Source: Ranitomeya imitator (lineage: Eukaryota). From it: a DNA stretch of 64,000 nt. The stretch lies in NCBI RefSeq assembly GCF_032444005.1, contig NC_091290.1, positions 133,176,001 through 133,240,000 on the forward strand. Reading direction: 5' to 3'. A program made the position numbers and the translations under genes. The stretch's first letter is position 1; each line of letters opens with the position of its first letter. This document shows positions 62,510 to 64,000 of this stretch, one piece after another. Under the pieces are notes generated by a model that searched no databases, was not told the origin of the DNA, and saw only the letters and a program-made list of their open reading frames with translations.

Positions 62510-64000
62510 TTTCTTCTTCGCCTCATTGGGGGACACAGGACCATGGGTGTTATTCTGCTGCCACTAGGAGGACACTAAGCAAAAATACAAAAAAGTGAAC
62601 TCCTCCTACGCAGTATACACACTCTGCTGGCTCTCTCGTGAACCAGTTCTTGCTTAGTGTTTGTAGGAGCCACTAGGGTCTGATTTCAGACCCCGATTTT
62701 CTTATTTTATTTTTTACTATTTTTGTCTCTTTTTTTCCACGGATTGATCGGGCGACGGGGCCTTTCAAGGTCCCGATCTCCCAAAATCAACAGGTGGGAA
62801 CGTGGAGTGTCGCCTCACCGTACCCCCTCCTGCAACATCAGCCTGGGTTTTCATCGGGGCGACGGATTCCTGTAATGGGTCCGCTCTTCCCACATCAAAA
62901 ACGGACGGGAACATGAGGTGTCGCCCCCATGCACCCCCTTCCGGAGCCAGGACTTCAGTCGGCCTTTCCCCCCCAATGATGTGAAAGAGAAGCCCCCTCG
63001 AGGCCCAGGGCTCTTGAGTGGCCCCACTGCAACCACCACTGACGGAAGCGGCTGGTCTCAGGAATATATCATGCCCTCTCCACCTCCCTATCTAAGGGAT
63101 GGTGGAATGAGGATGGACGGCACAAACGATATTCACCGTCGGTGGCCTCCCGATTGTATCACAGTGAGTACCGCCATTTCAGTGGCAGGGAGGTCCCCTT
63201 GGGCCCCTGAAGATGAGGACCAAGCATCCTCCCTTCCTGGGGCCCTGTATTTATCCCGGGCCCCCGTGGGGAGTGACACCCGATACTGCAGCCGCATCCT
63301 TCTCTTCCGTCGTGGCCGTTACCTTCCCCCCGTCAGCCTCCCCGAGCGCCTACCGCTCCGTTACCTGTGGCTATTTCCAGCCTCCACCTCTTTCTCTTTC
63401 ACTCCCGCTAGCTCGTCTCGCCCCCCACGCAGAGGCAGGGGGTCGCAACCTTCCTTCAGACCTTCTAACTCCTGGAGAAACAGATCTCTTCGATCCAGGC
63501 CCAAAAGTGTCCTTCCCGAAAATTCTCTTCTCAACGACTTCTGGCCGTGTCCGGTAGACACGAGCAGGGTAGGCGACCGTCTACTTTTGTTTCGCCAAGT
63601 ATGATTATCGGTCGTTCACGACCAGTGGGTCAGAAATCTCGTGTCTTCCGGAAACAGGATCGACTTCATTTCCCCTCCTCCGACGCGTTTTTTCCAGTCT
63701 CGTCTTCCAAGGTCCAAGTCGCACACAATCCCCTTTTACCAGGCCTTAAAAGCCCTCCGCAATAGCGCAGTTAACGTTCCGGTTCCTCCCACAGAAAGGT
63801 CTATTCGAACCTGTTCATGGTCCCCAAGAAAGACGGAACCATGCTTCCCATTTTGGACCTGAAGTTGTTAAACAAATTCCTCTCAGTGCGCCACTTCAGG
63901 ATGGAATCCCTACGCTCTGTCGTCGGTTCTTTGGAAAAAGGGGAATACCTGGCGTCAATCGACATCAGACGCATATCTTCACATCCCAATTTTCGAAAGT
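62510..64000 (+). mobile_element. Second DIRS1-type element (5' part, internally deleted), in ZNF276 intron 10
   Basis: Begins TTTCTTCTTCGCCTCATTGGGGGACACAGGACCATGGGTGT...GCTGCCACTAGGAGG, similar to the left ITR at 37158. RT N-terminus near the window end (VGDRLLLFRQV; NLFMVPKKDGT..PILDLKLLNKFL.VRHFRMESLRSV...GEYLASIDI). Confidence 0.88.

Noticed and set aside
62918-63604. 228-aa ORF as the missing last ZNF276 exon
   Set aside because: No C2H2 finger sequence; it lies inside the second DIRS element.

Overview
Eukaryotic (vertebrate) genomic DNA; an anuran amphibian is inferred from the repeat families. Five spliced genes were reconstructed by reading GT-AG boundaries and checking reading phase. 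In order: CDK10 (+, exons 2-13, exon 1 upstream of the window); SPATA2L (-, complete CDS, 401 aa); an uncharacterised 243-aa SDR/Rossmann-fold gene with a non-canonical active site (+, 6 exons); VPS9D1 (-, 15 exons, 651 aa); ZNF276 (+, exons 1-10, last exon beyond the window). CDK10-SPATA2L-VPS9D1-ZNF276 is the gene order known from human 16q24.3; the SDR-like gene is an extra member. Introns and intergenic DNA are dense with mobile DNA: a full-length but coding-degenerate DIRS1-type tyrosine-recombinase retrotransposon (ITRs plus ICR) inside a CR1 LINE that also hosts two MITEs, a second partial DIRS, an L2 LINE, two Helitron-like elements and several hAT/Tc-mariner/T2 MITEs. There are also four arrays of one 86-bp satellite in both orientations, and 25-, 26-, 30-, 31-, 46-, 49-, 52- and 58-bp minisatellites. 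Most long ORFs in the supplied track are artefacts of these repeats. No CRISPR array, rRNA or tRNA was found.
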